From positions 558,001-622,000 of the forward strand of contig MU056270.1 in the NCBI GenBank assembly GCA_013239625.1: a DNA stretch of 64,000 bases. The letters run 5' to 3'. Positions 49,085 through 60,838 of the stretch are shown one piece after another. How positions within the stretch are numbered: the stretch's first letter is position 1; the number at the start of each line of letters is the position of its first letter. The position numbers and the translations under genes were made by a program. Source of the stretch: Lama guanicoe. Lineage: Eukaryota. A model generated the notes under the pieces. That model saw nothing but the letters and a program-made list of their open reading frames with translations, did not search any database and was not told the DNA's origin.

Positions 49085-49700
49085 TGGAGGTGGTAACCGC
49101 GACGTGATGGATGAAGATGCGCAGAGCAAGATGAGACCAAGACGGGGAGGGTAGCCTTTTCCACCCTTTTGAAGTGGGTAATCGAGAAGAAAGACTTGCT
49201 GCAAGAGGAAGGGTTGATTGTCCTTGAAATATGAAACAACAGATGCAAGTAGCTGGGATAATAAATGGGGGAGGGAATCTAGTTAGAGAGAAGAACATCC
49301 GGAAAGCGAACGAGGCACTAAAGAGAATGAGCACTGGGGGGTCTGCCAGTAGCCGGACACGGTCAGAGCACAGGATGTCGGGAGCGAAATAAGAGAATGT
49401 GGGCCAGGTGGCGGCCGCCCGGTCACAGAGAACCTCCGGTGCTGTGACAAGGAGTTGAGATTTCACCTAGGAGACCTTTGGAGTCTGAGAAATCCTGAGC
49501 AAGGAGTGACGAGCGAGTTTGTATTCTAGAACGCTGACTCTGACAGTCTGGAGAATAGTTTGGGAAAAGGGGGAAAGGTGGAACAAAGAAGAGATGGTCT
49601 GATGAGGGACGTCGATTAGGCAAACAACTTGGCAACCAGCCTGGGCGACAGAGAGATGGTGTGCAAAGCCATGAAATAAGGAGAGTGCAAGAAGGCTCCG
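49085..49700 (-). mobile_element. L2 LINE fragment
   Basis: 'aaggagttgagatttcacctaggaga...ctgagcaaggagtgac...tttgtattctagaacgctgactctgacagtctggagaatagtttggg' is antisense L2. Confidence 0.75.
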
Positions 49701-50364
49701 CAGGAGAGGAAGGGAGCGAACGTCCCCCGGGATACCATCGGATGGTTCTGTCCCCATTTTTGCGCCAACCCCTTGCACTCTGCCCCAGGCAGCCCTGTCT
49801 GGCCACACCCGGACCGCCTGACCCTCTAATCAGGCCAAACGCACCTCCCTTCAGATCCGTTTTCCCTGGGCCCGGAGTCAGCTGAGTGGAAACGCAGTAG
49901 CGGGGCCACAGCTGCAGGCCACGTGTGCAGGTGTGGTCAGCCCCGGGCAACCCTGAACGTTCACTGCAACAGCGGCCTTGTTGAAAACGAGCAGGCTGAA
50001 CGAGTTAGTTCGCCTTGGCGGTTCTGCCCAACTGTAACCATTTTCTTTACGTTACTTGCGTTAGTGTTTTAACGCAATAAAAATTTGAGGGAAAAAGCAC
50101 AATAGGAGAAAAAGAAATGAAGAGCAAAATGTGCCCATAATACGGTCTTTGAAAAAGAAGGCTTTCTAATGGGGACGCCATCAGCAAGCATGTGGGCAGC
50201 ACTCAGGGCAGGCAGGGACAGGGACTGTGTCCTGTCCCGCCTCCTGCCTCGTGCGTTTAGAATCAAAACCAGAAGCTGGCTCCTTAACGGCCATAGTGAC
50301 TAAGGTAACAGGATGTCTCCGGCCCAGGTACCCAGGTCCGCACACCACGACTGCCACCTCCTCG

Positions 50365-50512
50365 TTCTGTGGCCTTGGTCTCTCTGTTTCATCGTTTCCT
50401 CGTCTCCAAAACCCTGATAATCGTTTCTATCTCACTGAGTTGCTGGGAAGACATAATGAGGCTCCGTGTAAGTTCTCAGCTCTCGGTTCATCGAGAGATG
50501 GCAGCTGTTTCT
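50365..50512 (+). mobile_element. MIR SINE
   Basis: 'ctctctgtttcatcgtttcctcgtctccaaaaccctgataat...tatctcactgagttgctgggaagacataatgag'. Confidence 0.7.
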
Positions 50513-52109
50513 AGAGGTAGTAAGATTCCTAGGGCACCTCTGTGCGTCTCCAAGACTTGCCGCACCTGTATGGTGAGGACGCTCACGCTTCTCTGTGCAT
50601 CCTCAGAGCTGGCGACGGGCCGACCACGCGCTCCCCGGGAGCGCCAGGTAAACAACGCGAGACACAAACAGCATCAGGCAGCAAGTAAACAGCCGTGCAG
50701 TGAAGCAGCAATTAGGGCAATTAACTGAGCAGAGGCGACTCAGCCAACTTCAACCAGCGAGCATCCCGCTGGCAGCCTGCCGCCCCCTGCGCTTCGCACC
50801 CCCGAGGGTCGGAAGGGCAGGGAAAGCGTACAGCGCAGTCCCCCGACAGCAGGACCCCGGTCCGCGGGGTGCGCTCAGGGTGGGGTAGCTCCGGGACTGG
50901 GCCCGGCCTCTTTTAAGGCTCCATCGTGTTTCCCATCTGGAGGGCAGAGGAGGGGCTGCGGTCCCCGACGGTGGCCGGGGACCCACTGGACCTACCTGGA
51001 CCTACCCTCAGACAGAGAGACACCCGGGAGGAGGATGAAGCCCCCCACCCCCTGCACCCCAAAAGGAAGAGCAGAGGGGCCTGTGGCCGGGGAGGTGACC
51101 CATCTGGGGAGAGGACGGGGGCTGGGGCCTCTTAGGGGTGAGGACATGGTGAAGCCCCGCAGAGCCCGTTGGGGGAAGCCCCTCATGGGGGCACGGCAAC
51201 CAGTCACCCAGGGAGCTGTGCCCTGGGCATGGGGCTCCCGGCCCAGACCCTGGGCACAAACTTGGCAGAAAGCATCAGAATCAGCGGCCTGCGGACGACA
51301 GCGCAGACACACGTAGTGTGCACTGCAGGCCGGCCTCCCGACCACGGTGAGCAGCGCAGCGGGCACCGCGAGTCCTGACCGCACGGGGCAGCTGGGGCCC
51401 CGGCGCCGAGCAGACTGAGTCTCTGGCTACGCAGGCCAGAGGGGCCTCAGGGTCGGCTTCCAACAGGGAAATCATTCTGATTTTTGCGTGGTCGGTGGCG
51501 GTGCAAGTGTATTCCCGCTGCACCAACATGCCTCCAGAGCATCGCCCTGTGAGTGTATTTCGACGGTTAGCTTGTGTGACGGACAGGGCTGCAGTCACGG
51601 CAGCAACTGGCAACCCTGCTCCCCCCTCCCCGGTGCCGCCCACAGAGGGTCCCGGCCCGGCCTCTCTCCTCCCATCTTTGCTCTTTGACGGCCTCTGCTC
51701 GGCCAGAGGGAGCTGCGGGAACACCGAGGGTCACGGCCAGCACCAAGGAGAGGGGAGCCCGGTCCCCGCTGCTCTCTGCCGGGCGGGGCACGGCCTCTGC
51801 CCTCTAGGGACCGGCTGGAAGGCTCTCCTGCGTCTCCCAGCCACGTTCCTCCCTGGAGTCATTTCCTGGCTCGAGAGGAACCCTGCCCAGACCCTGACCT
51901 GAGGGACCTGCTCCCGCAGGTCGGGCAGACCCCCCTCCTCACCCGCATCCTGGGTCCCTTACGAAACCGCACAGCCGTGGGCCATTCCCGCCCACCTGGG
52001 CTGGGGGCAGAACCTGAACTATGGACTTTGGCAAAAGAGATGTTCCCCCAATATGATTTTTAGGAATAGAGGAAAAAATTGTCACATGTGCAGGAGAAAG
52101 TGCTCCGTT

Positions 52110-52270
52110 CTTTATAATGACACTAACACTCCATGTAGCCACCTGCCGAGGCCCGTGCTCTGCGCTTCGAAGCCCTTCAGCCTCCACGTGGGCTCTCTGA
52201 CCTCACCCGCTTTGCGCTCCGAGAGGCCCCCGCTCATTCGGGGTGTGTCTCCCGAGGTCGCCCTTAGTCG
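52110..52270 (-). mobile_element. Degenerate MIR SINE
   Basis: 'ataatgacactaacactccatgtagccacctgccgaggcccgtgctctgcgctt' resembles the antisense MIR 3' end. Confidence 0.45.
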
Positions 52271-53216
52271 CCGGCTCACTCGCCGCTTACACGTCGAGCT
52301 GTAAGGCTGCTCTGCGTCTCCGCAGCCCCCAGCCTTCCATCCCCGCTCCTCCCGGGCGAGTCGTTACCGGCCACGCTCACCCAGGCTCGGGCCTCCCTGC
52401 TCACCCGATGCTTGGCGGCACCCTCGACCGCCTTCCCAGGGTCAGGTGTTTGCGGCCCTCTTGAATTTTGCTAAATCCCCTCACCAGGACGGTGACCGGC
52501 CTGGGGCAGGGCCGTGCTCTCGCATCCACCCCACAAGCCCCCGCGCACGCGTGGGCCTGGGCCGGGCGCGCGAAACCCTCGCCCAGTTGCATGAGGCGGA
52601 GGCCCGTCTACACCAGACGCTCCCGCCACAGTCTGCCAGGCGAGTTCTGACCCGCCGCTTCCCACCCGGTGCCATCTGAACACACGCTCTCCAAGCCTCA
52701 CTTCCATAAATGTGACTCCTGGACCAGCTCCTCTAAACAAGAATGCTACGCGAATACACAGCAGTGGTGACGCTAAGACGAGAACGCTTTGTGACCTGCG
52801 CCTCCGGTGGAGGCTGAATCCAAGAAAGAGGTCAGGTTCCGGAGGAGTGTCTGTGGGTGGGCTTGCTGGACCACGCACCCCGGGGCTTGGCCTTTATCTG
52901 AAAGTCCGGGAGCTGGCGCATCCGTGCCCTGTAGGAGGAGACCCGACGCAGTGACTCCAGGCGGAGTGTGGAGGCCGGGACACAGGAGGCTGCCACGGCA
53001 TCAGAGTGAGGGGCAGCCTCCCTCCCTCGGGGAGACGGTGGGAACGCCAGCCCTAAGTGCTTTGAATGAGAGCTCCCGGGGCACACCGGCACCTTGAAAC
53101 CTCCGTGTCCTAACCCAGCGTCACTGGAGCTCCAGTCCGGCCGGTGAGTTCCCAGGACCCTGCTTGACGTGGCCCTGGGGTAGCGGCCCCGGGCAAGGAG
53201 GGGTCAGACTCGGGCC

Positions 53217-53233
53217 CTGCCACCTGCTGGCCG
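53217..53233 (-). promoter_or_regulatory. Candidate CTCF site
   Basis: Minus strand reads CGGCCAGCAGGTGGCAG, a full match to YGGCCASCAGRKGGCRS. Confidence 0.45.
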
Positions 53234-54719
53234 CACGAGACCGACCCGGGCGAGCCACGTCAGTGACCTCAGCCCTCGTCCGCTGACACGGGAACGAAGG
53301 CGGTCGGGAGGGTTTGGTGCGGACGGCCTGGTGGGCGCAGTCCCACGCAGGGGGCACCTGACAGACATTCATCACTTTACTCTTAGAGTGATCGCACGCA
53401 AATCCTGCTTTCCTCACAATGTGAGCCGGACTTCACAGAAAGACATTTAAAGCGAACGCTCCTACTGGGTGATGGTAGCTTTTCCCAGGAGGGAACAACA
53501 GCCCAACCGGCCCTGCAGCTGTGTAAATGGACTCCTACTAACAGCTGGCCAGAGCTGGGAGAAGCAGATGGATCCAGAAAGCACAGGTCCCTGGTCCTGA
53601 CTGACCACACCCAGCCGACGCCCTTAGGACGCTTGCTTCGCCACTTCAGAGGAGCCACGCGAGACGAGGAGGGGAGTTTAACTCCCCTTGACCGAGCCCT
53701 CAGCGCTAAAACCCAGCGCTGCGAGGGGTCCAGACACGGGGGCGACCCTGCACTGGGTCTGCCAGGAGGAGACAGTTAATAAGGCAGGGTGTGCACCGAG
53801 AGCCCGCCTGCGTCAAGACTACATTGCTTTCAAAAATAAAAACGAAATCCTGTAATTAGACACTTAAAGTTGTGACTAAATTACTAAAAACATCCAGTAA
53901 ACCACAGGAATGTGTCTGAGGAGCTGGTCCGTCGAGTAGCTGGGGCTATTTTCACACCCACACACGGCAGTGCCCACCGCCCGGTGAGGTCGGCTGCAGT
54001 GTAGACAGGGGTCTGGGTTCTTCCCGAAACGTCTGGGAAGCCTGGGGAAGAAACACTGAACCCGCAGAGGCAGCGGAGCATCGCCGACCCACAGCCAGGC
54101 CAGCACCCCAGCAGCCCCAAGTCCAGCAGCGTCCACATCCCAGAAATCGGCAGAAGACCCATTGGAGCTGGTCGGTGGCCCCCCGCTGCCCCCCGGCTGG
54201 GGCTTAGACGCTTACCAGAGCTCCTCAGAGGTGTTCAGTCTGGCCCAACCAGACCCGAAACTGCAAACCCAGAGCTAGAACCTACCTGGAGCTTGTCTTA
54301 TCAATGGCGTTCTTTACAGAGACTGTCAGCGTGAAGGATTTATCCTGCTTTTATTTTACTTGTGTGTGTACATATATTTGGAATTAATACATGTTTTTGT
54401 GGGAGAACAGAGGCTTCGTCCAAAGAGAGGAGAACCAGACGAGTGAGTGAGTGGGGCTGGCGGCCGAGCACACGGAGGGTCCTGCTCATCGTCCGCCTGC
54501 CGGGCCTCGCGCGCCAAGCACCACACCCTTTAGCGTCAGTGACTGATCCGTGTTCTTCTCGTTCATCCTCCTCCTCGCTCTGGGGAGGGCTCGTGGTGAG
54601 CTCTGTCTGTGAAACTGCTGCTGTCTGTGTACAAGGCTGGCCTTTAAATGTGGGCGGACACACGAGCAGAGTGTGCCGCCGTGGACAGACACCAGCAAAG
54701 GCAGAGTCACAGCGTTAAT

Positions 54720-56940
54720 TTTAAAAAGGTGTAATTTAAAGGTTTCTTTAGATCATTAAGCAAATTCAAAATATATAAAAGCCACAAACGTGTATTCAGC
54801 CAAAAACAATTACAACTAAATTTGTCAATACACTCCTTTCAGAATTAGGTCTAACAGAAAAAAGTAAGTTAGGATATTCTGATTATAATCCAACAAAATT
54901 AGAAAAATACAGTGACAATGGCTTTCTCAGAAACTAAGTAATCCACGTCACAGAACCGAATGCGAAATTTTAAATTAACTCTGTGTAGAAGGCAGTCACA
55001 GGAAACGTCAGAGCCAAGCACGCAGTGACGGCGGCAGTACCTGCTCCATCGGGGGACAGTCTAAAACAAAGCAGGATGAATCAATAAAAAATAAGCCGAA
55101 ATTAAAAAAAAATAAGAAAAAATAGTAGAAAAGAGAAGTAAATCTTAAAGCTGATTATTTGGAAAGACCATTAAAATAGATCACCCCTTCGTGGGCCTGA
55201 TAAAGAGAAAGAAAAGTTGAAAAGTAAATATAAATTGGGGAAGAGAAAAATGCAGACAAGAAGGGGTTGTAGGAGCAGTAAGTGTGCAGCATGTAGCTCT
55301 GGGGCAGAGAGGTTCAAACCTAGAAGGATGACTGATTTTTCTAACAAATACAGAAAAGCCAAAACTTCCCCAAGGAGAAGGGAAGCCGCGCACGTGCTAT
55401 GGGAGAGGCTGGACGAGTGATTAAAGACCTGCCATCGACCCCCGGGACAGCTGGGCCGCGTCCTGCCTGACATTCCTTTAAAGTGAATCTGAGTGTTGTA
55501 ACATACTAGCCTATGGCATACGAAAAGGTGGAGATTTCCCTAATTCAGTCTCTAAAGCTAGCACATCTTTAATAACAAAATTTGACAAAATTAGCACAGA
55601 ACCCCCCAAATCCCATAGACAGATATCATTTATGAATTTAAAAATTTTAAGTTCCGAATGAAATCCAGAGTGTCTCAAAAGAAAGAATATGATCAAATCA
55701 GGTTTAACCCGAGAGTGAGTGTGCATAACTGTTTGGAAGCACAGCCAGACAGCTCCCTCCACCCACAAGGGGAGTCACACAAACGCACCGAGAAGCCTTT
55801 GGTAATAAGTCAGTGGCCGTCCCACCAATAAACGGGGACAGAAATTGCACATGCCCTGTGTCACAGATGACTGAATGCGACGGGCCTCGTTGTACACGAA
55901 GAATCGGTGTTTCTGCACTAAAATCTGTAAGACACAGGGATGGCCGCTCCTGCAGGTGCTACTCAGAGAGGTGGTGAATTGGCGAATACGATGAGGAAAG
56001 AAAACAGTCGGTATGAAAATGGGGAGTGTGAGGGCAGAGTTTCTTTCCCTGCTGGCAATGTGGTTCTATACGTATGACATTCAAGACACCTCAGGAAAAA
56101 AAATTAGAATTCATCAATGGATTTATACGGTATCTACCCACATACAAGATAAACACACAAAAATCCATAACTGTTTTTCTATAGTGATATTAAATCACTA
56201 AAAATGCATATTGGGGAAATGTTTAATTCATGATAGCAATGTCTATAAAACAGGAAACCATCCCGTAAGAAACATCGTTTACATCATGTGAAGAAAACCA
56301 TGACGTCTTATCAAAGGACGTAAAACAAGCTCTGAACAAAGGGGAAGATCTGTCATGTTCTTGAATGAAAGATTCAATATGATAAATGGTCAATCACCCA
56401 AAATTAATATATAACATAAAACTGCAATTTTCATCTTACTGGATTTGGGAGGAATGTGGGTTGAATTAAGTTATCTTAAGTTTCATAAGGAAAAATCGAC
56501 GACCAAAGGTAGCAAAGAGAAAGTTCCAAGCACATGCGGGGCTGCGGTGGGGCGGGGAACGGCCTCGCCAGCTATTGAGACCCAGTAAGTCACTGTCAGG
56601 CCAACAGAATGAGACTGCGTTGGCATAAAGACAGGCAAGCAGGCTAATGAGACAAAACAGGATTCTGGAAACAGATCTGCATTTCTGTGAGGATGAAATA
56701 AATAACATGGTTGGTATTTCATTTTGGTGGGTGGAGGTGGGTTTATTAAATAAATGAGGTTGGCCACATGGCAAACCATCTGGAGGGAAAGAAATTGAGA
56801 GGGACTCTGCCTCACACCACACGTGAGACTAACACTGAGTGGGGGGGTCCACGTGCAAAAGATAATTGGTGAGAATTCACAGCAAATTGCAGGACAATGC
56901 GAGTGACGTGGAGCACGGGAAGGTCTTTGAGCAAACAAGA
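54720..56940 (+). mobile_element. Ancient L1M(E) ORF2 remnant (EN through RT to post-RT), heavily disrupted
   Basis: 'gctgattatttggaaagaccattaaaatagatcacccctt', 'ttccctaattcagtctctaaagctagcacatctttaataacaaaa', 'tcatgttcttgaatgaaagattcaatatgataaatggtcaatcacccaaaattaatata', 'ctctgcctcacaccacacg'. Confidence 0.88.
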
Positions 56941-56972
56941 AAAAAGGGGTGAAAAGAAGAGGGGTTAAGAAT

Positions 56973-57181
56973 GTACACAAGCACACATCACGCACACATC
57001 ACGCACAGACACACACATACACACACACTACACACAGACCTCACACACATACACACACACAGCACATACATATCACGCACACACAACACACACACATATA
57101 CACACACCACACACACACCACACACATATCACACACACAGCACACATACATCACATACACACAGACACACACACACACACA
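56973..57181. repeat. Compound (CA)n/(CACAT)n simple repeat
   Basis: About 200 bp of interrupted CA dinucleotides. Confidence 0.95.
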
Positions 57182-57399
57182 AGGCTGACTCAGACCCATC
57201 CAGTTAGTCGCTGTATGGTCTCGTCCCGGGGCTGCTGGTCGAATCGTTCAAATCCAGCGTCTCTCTCAGTGGGGAGCGGTGCCACCGGTGCCACCACTAA
57301 CCCTGAGGAGTGACGTGGAAACAGAAACAGCAAGCACCTGTCACCACCTCCACACAGCCACGTGAGAGGAGACGGGAGAGAAAGCACAGAAGATCATCC

Positions 57400-58150
57400 C
57401 GAGACCCTGAAGCTGTCAGGTGGGTGATGACGCCCTTCATGGAAACAAAGCTGCTGAGAAAGGGAACCAGCCGCGTCGCTGTGACTTTGGACGTGTTGAG
57501 CTTGAGACGCCTGCGACGCATCCAAGCAAAGACCCTCGGGGAATAGCCAACGACAGGAGGCTGGAGGCAGAGCAGACCTCGGGACGAGCGTCCCAGCTTC
57601 GGGGCGACAGCTGGGGGCGTGAGACCAAGACGTTTGCTGGGGACCGGAGCGCGGTTGCACTGGCGGAGCCCGGGCCGCAGGGGGGCCCCGGGGAGGACCG
57701 AGAGAAAAGGAGTCGGCGAGGAGACAGAGGACCGAGCTTGGACGGAGCAGAGGTCCCGGGAGGAGGAGGTTTAAAGGGCAGCGCGTGGCTGTCAGCACTG
57801 AACGCTCCGCGGAGACCAAGAGAAGGCAGAGGGAAGGCCGGATAGTGCCCGGCGGGCGTCAGAAGCGCGAGAGAGGCGGGTGAGGAGGGAACAGACCAGC
57901 TTCTCATGGAGGCGCTCGAGGGAGACCGGCTGTTTGAGAAGAAGCAGTGGGGGGAGGTCGGGCTGGAGGACCCCCGGGCAGGACCGGGCCGAGCAAACAC
58001 GTTCTTCTTTAGACTGAGAGCTCTTTACCCAAGTCCTTAAAAGTGGGGGGAAGTGATCTCCACTGGGTCGACCGCTCCTGTCCGAGGAGGGGAAGGAAAA
58101 GAAAGAGCAGAGCCATTTGACGAGTGAGGGGAACGGGAGAAGCTTCCTTT
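57400..58150 (-). mobile_element. L2 LINE fragment, GC-shifted
   Basis: 'tgactttggacgtgttgagcttgagacgcctgcgacgcatccaagcaaagac' resembles L2 'agttttggacatgttgagtttgaggtgcctgtgagacatccaagtggaga'. Confidence 0.75.
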
Positions 58151-60757
58151 ACGCGTCAGTCTACATCAGGGGCCGAGAAAGGCCGCGCGCTTCCCGGTCA
58201 GCCTGAGACACCAGAATCTTTGGGGTCGATGTCCAAGTACAGAAACGCACCGCACGGTAACCGGGCGGCGGCTCCAAGCGCAGCCTCGGGCCGCGATACG
58301 CTTGCATCGCTAGGAGATCCTCCTCCTCCCTTTTCAGGTTAGACTCCACAGCTTCCAGGAGAAACTCACGCAAGATGTTTGGCATAAACCTGCCAATCAG
58401 TGCTTGTATTTCAAAAGCAGGGGTAACGGATTAGCTCGGTAAGTCTGCTTCAGTGCCAAGGGAGGAACGGCAACACTGCCCTGAAGTGGTTCCAGCGGCT
58501 GATGAGTCGTATAAAAGAAACGAGAGGCAACTTGGAGGAGCAATGACGACTGGTGAAGAGAACGGCTTGCTTGCTGCTTTGGCTCGGCCCCGGATCCAGT
58601 TACACGAACGTCCTCTGTGAAGCTTGCTACGGAGTCAGGAAACTCAGATCCAACCCCGTAACTGCAAAAGTGTGTTCCACATTCTTAGCAAAACCCAGAA
58701 ATCTGGGTCAAGGGTAATCATCACCTAAATTTGTTCTACTTGAAATAAAACTTTATACAGCCATCTTTTTAAACCCACCTTGTTCCAAAAGGTTCTAACG
58801 TTAAATGTGTTTTCTTTACAAAGACACAGCCTGTCCTAAATTTCATGGTGTAGCTCATGACCAAACGTGAGCACCCGCGGCACAAATAAAGAGCACCGAG
58901 ACTCGCGGGCGCAGCCTCCGCTGAAGAGCACGTGCAGAATCAGGACCAGCGTGCGAGCAGGAGACTCAGGGACCATCCACCCAGCGCTCCTCCAGCAACG
59001 TGTACACGGTCGGCAAGCCGAGGCCCACGTCCGCGAAGCAAGCTGCCTGGACGTGCCTTCACCTCCGATCGTAGAAAGGCCTGGACCAGAATCTCGCTTA
59101 TTTTACCTTCAACAGAATTTTATTTCCTTCCCTGAGAGCGACCCCTGTGGTCAGCGTAGATTTTGTTAATAGCAAAAAATAAGTAAGAATAGCAACAACA
59201 ATCATCATAAACCTTGGGTTTGGGAAAAACACTGATAATTTTCAAAGCTCTTGATTTCTGGTGGGAGCTCACGGGAGCGAGAGTCAGCTTGCCTGCCCTG
59301 CCAGCCCCCACCAGCGGAGGCGAAGAGCCCGGGCTCCCAGCGGCCTGGGGGCCCGGGCTGGTGGGACCCGGGACGGGGGCTCCACGTGATTGGAATTCCG
59401 AGCACGAGGATGACCACACAGGACTTTAAGGAGGAGTCCGGCCGTGGGGGTCAGCAGAGCCTCAGCAGGACACTTCTCAGTGCCACTTGTGTCCAAACTG
59501 TGCCTCATACCAGGCAGCTCGGGGGACCCCAGGGAAGATTCGAGGCAGACGGGGCGCCGTCACTCTGCCTCCCCCTCCCTCTCAGGCCGCTGCTTTTCCA
59601 GGTGTCACCGAGCAGGTGCTCCAACAAGCAGGGGCCGAGACTCTGTCACCAACAACCTGACTGGAGCAGCAGACCTCCGGCTGCCGCTGCATCCAAGACA
59701 TCACCATCGCATGAGCCCCCCAAACCAGGCTTCTCACTTCCTTTCGCCCAAGTCCCTCCTCCTTGGGGCTTGACTCTCAAATGGCAGTGACTTCCAGCAT
59801 CGAGAATGACCCTCCTCTTCCTAAAACCAAGTAATGGAAGGATTAATGGCTTTCTCCACTATGTTCACGTTGCCTTAATGCTTTGGAAAAACCATAAAAC
59901 AACTTGCTATGGTGCCAGCCGGCGATTGCCCGAAGACCGGCTTCTGTTCGGTGATCAGCCAATGCTGGGGTTTGACAAGAGCCTGTCGTGCAGAAAATGG
60001 TTCTCAAAGAAGAAAGAAAAGAAAGCCTGCGTAATATGCCAATCACGCTGGATCTAACCTGCTAGAGTTCTGACATCTATGAATGCAGAGAAGAGAAAAG
60101 TCTTTTCAGTCTGACTCCCCTGGTCAGTGGCCTTGCAGCCCCGGACACAGGTGAGGAGGGACCAAGAAAGGGCGGTGGAGGGGAGACGTGTTGGGTAATA
60201 ACTCGCTTGGCACGGATGCTGCTTCCGATGCCCAGGAAAATGCATTAGCTTGAAGCAGGCCAGTTCTCTCGTGCTCCGTTAATGGTTTCCGCGGTGAAGG
60301 AGTTTTGTTGAACAGGGAAGAGTTGTGACCACTTCATAAACTACTGTGAAGCTGACAGTCACTCCCAGAGCAGCACCCACCCCAGGTCCGAGGGAAACCG
60401 GGCAGGGTCCCCACAGTCAGACGGCAAGCGCTCGGCACGCCGCAGCACTTCCCAGGACACGCTGACCACCCAGAGTCCACGTGGCCCAGAACCGTCTCCC
60501 CGGGACCCCCACAACCCCGGCAGGCCTCGGCTCCCTGGGCTCCAGTGTGAAACGTTATTCTCAAGTCTCTCGAACAGCCATCCTTGTAAGTAGCTTGAAA
60601 AGGCCACTTGTGATCTGTTTTCACTGACCGTTTTCTTGGTGAAGTCCTTCCTGGCACGTAACCCCCACGCAAACACTGCCCAGGGCCGCATTAGACCTCA
60701 GAAGGTCAGAGTCAGGCAGGTCTGAGCCAGCGAGGGTCTGGGCCACACTTGTGCCCC

Positions 60758-60838
60758 CGATTGTGACAGCCCAGAATGTCTCCAGATGTTGCCAGACGCC
60801 TGCTGGGGGCACAGGCACTCCCGCGGGGAGCCTCTGAC
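60758..60838 (-). mobile_element. MER20 hAT transposon, partial
   Basis: 'ttgtgacagcccagaatgtctccagatgttgccagacgcctgctgggggcac'. Confidence 0.75.

Noticed and set aside
50056-50081. 8-bp hairpin overlapping AATAAA
   Set aside because: Short stem, no GU-rich downstream element and no associated terminal exon.
51736-51756. Second RE1-like sequence CAGCACCaaGGAGAG
   Set aside because: Mismatches at both ends; plausible by chance in GC-rich DNA.
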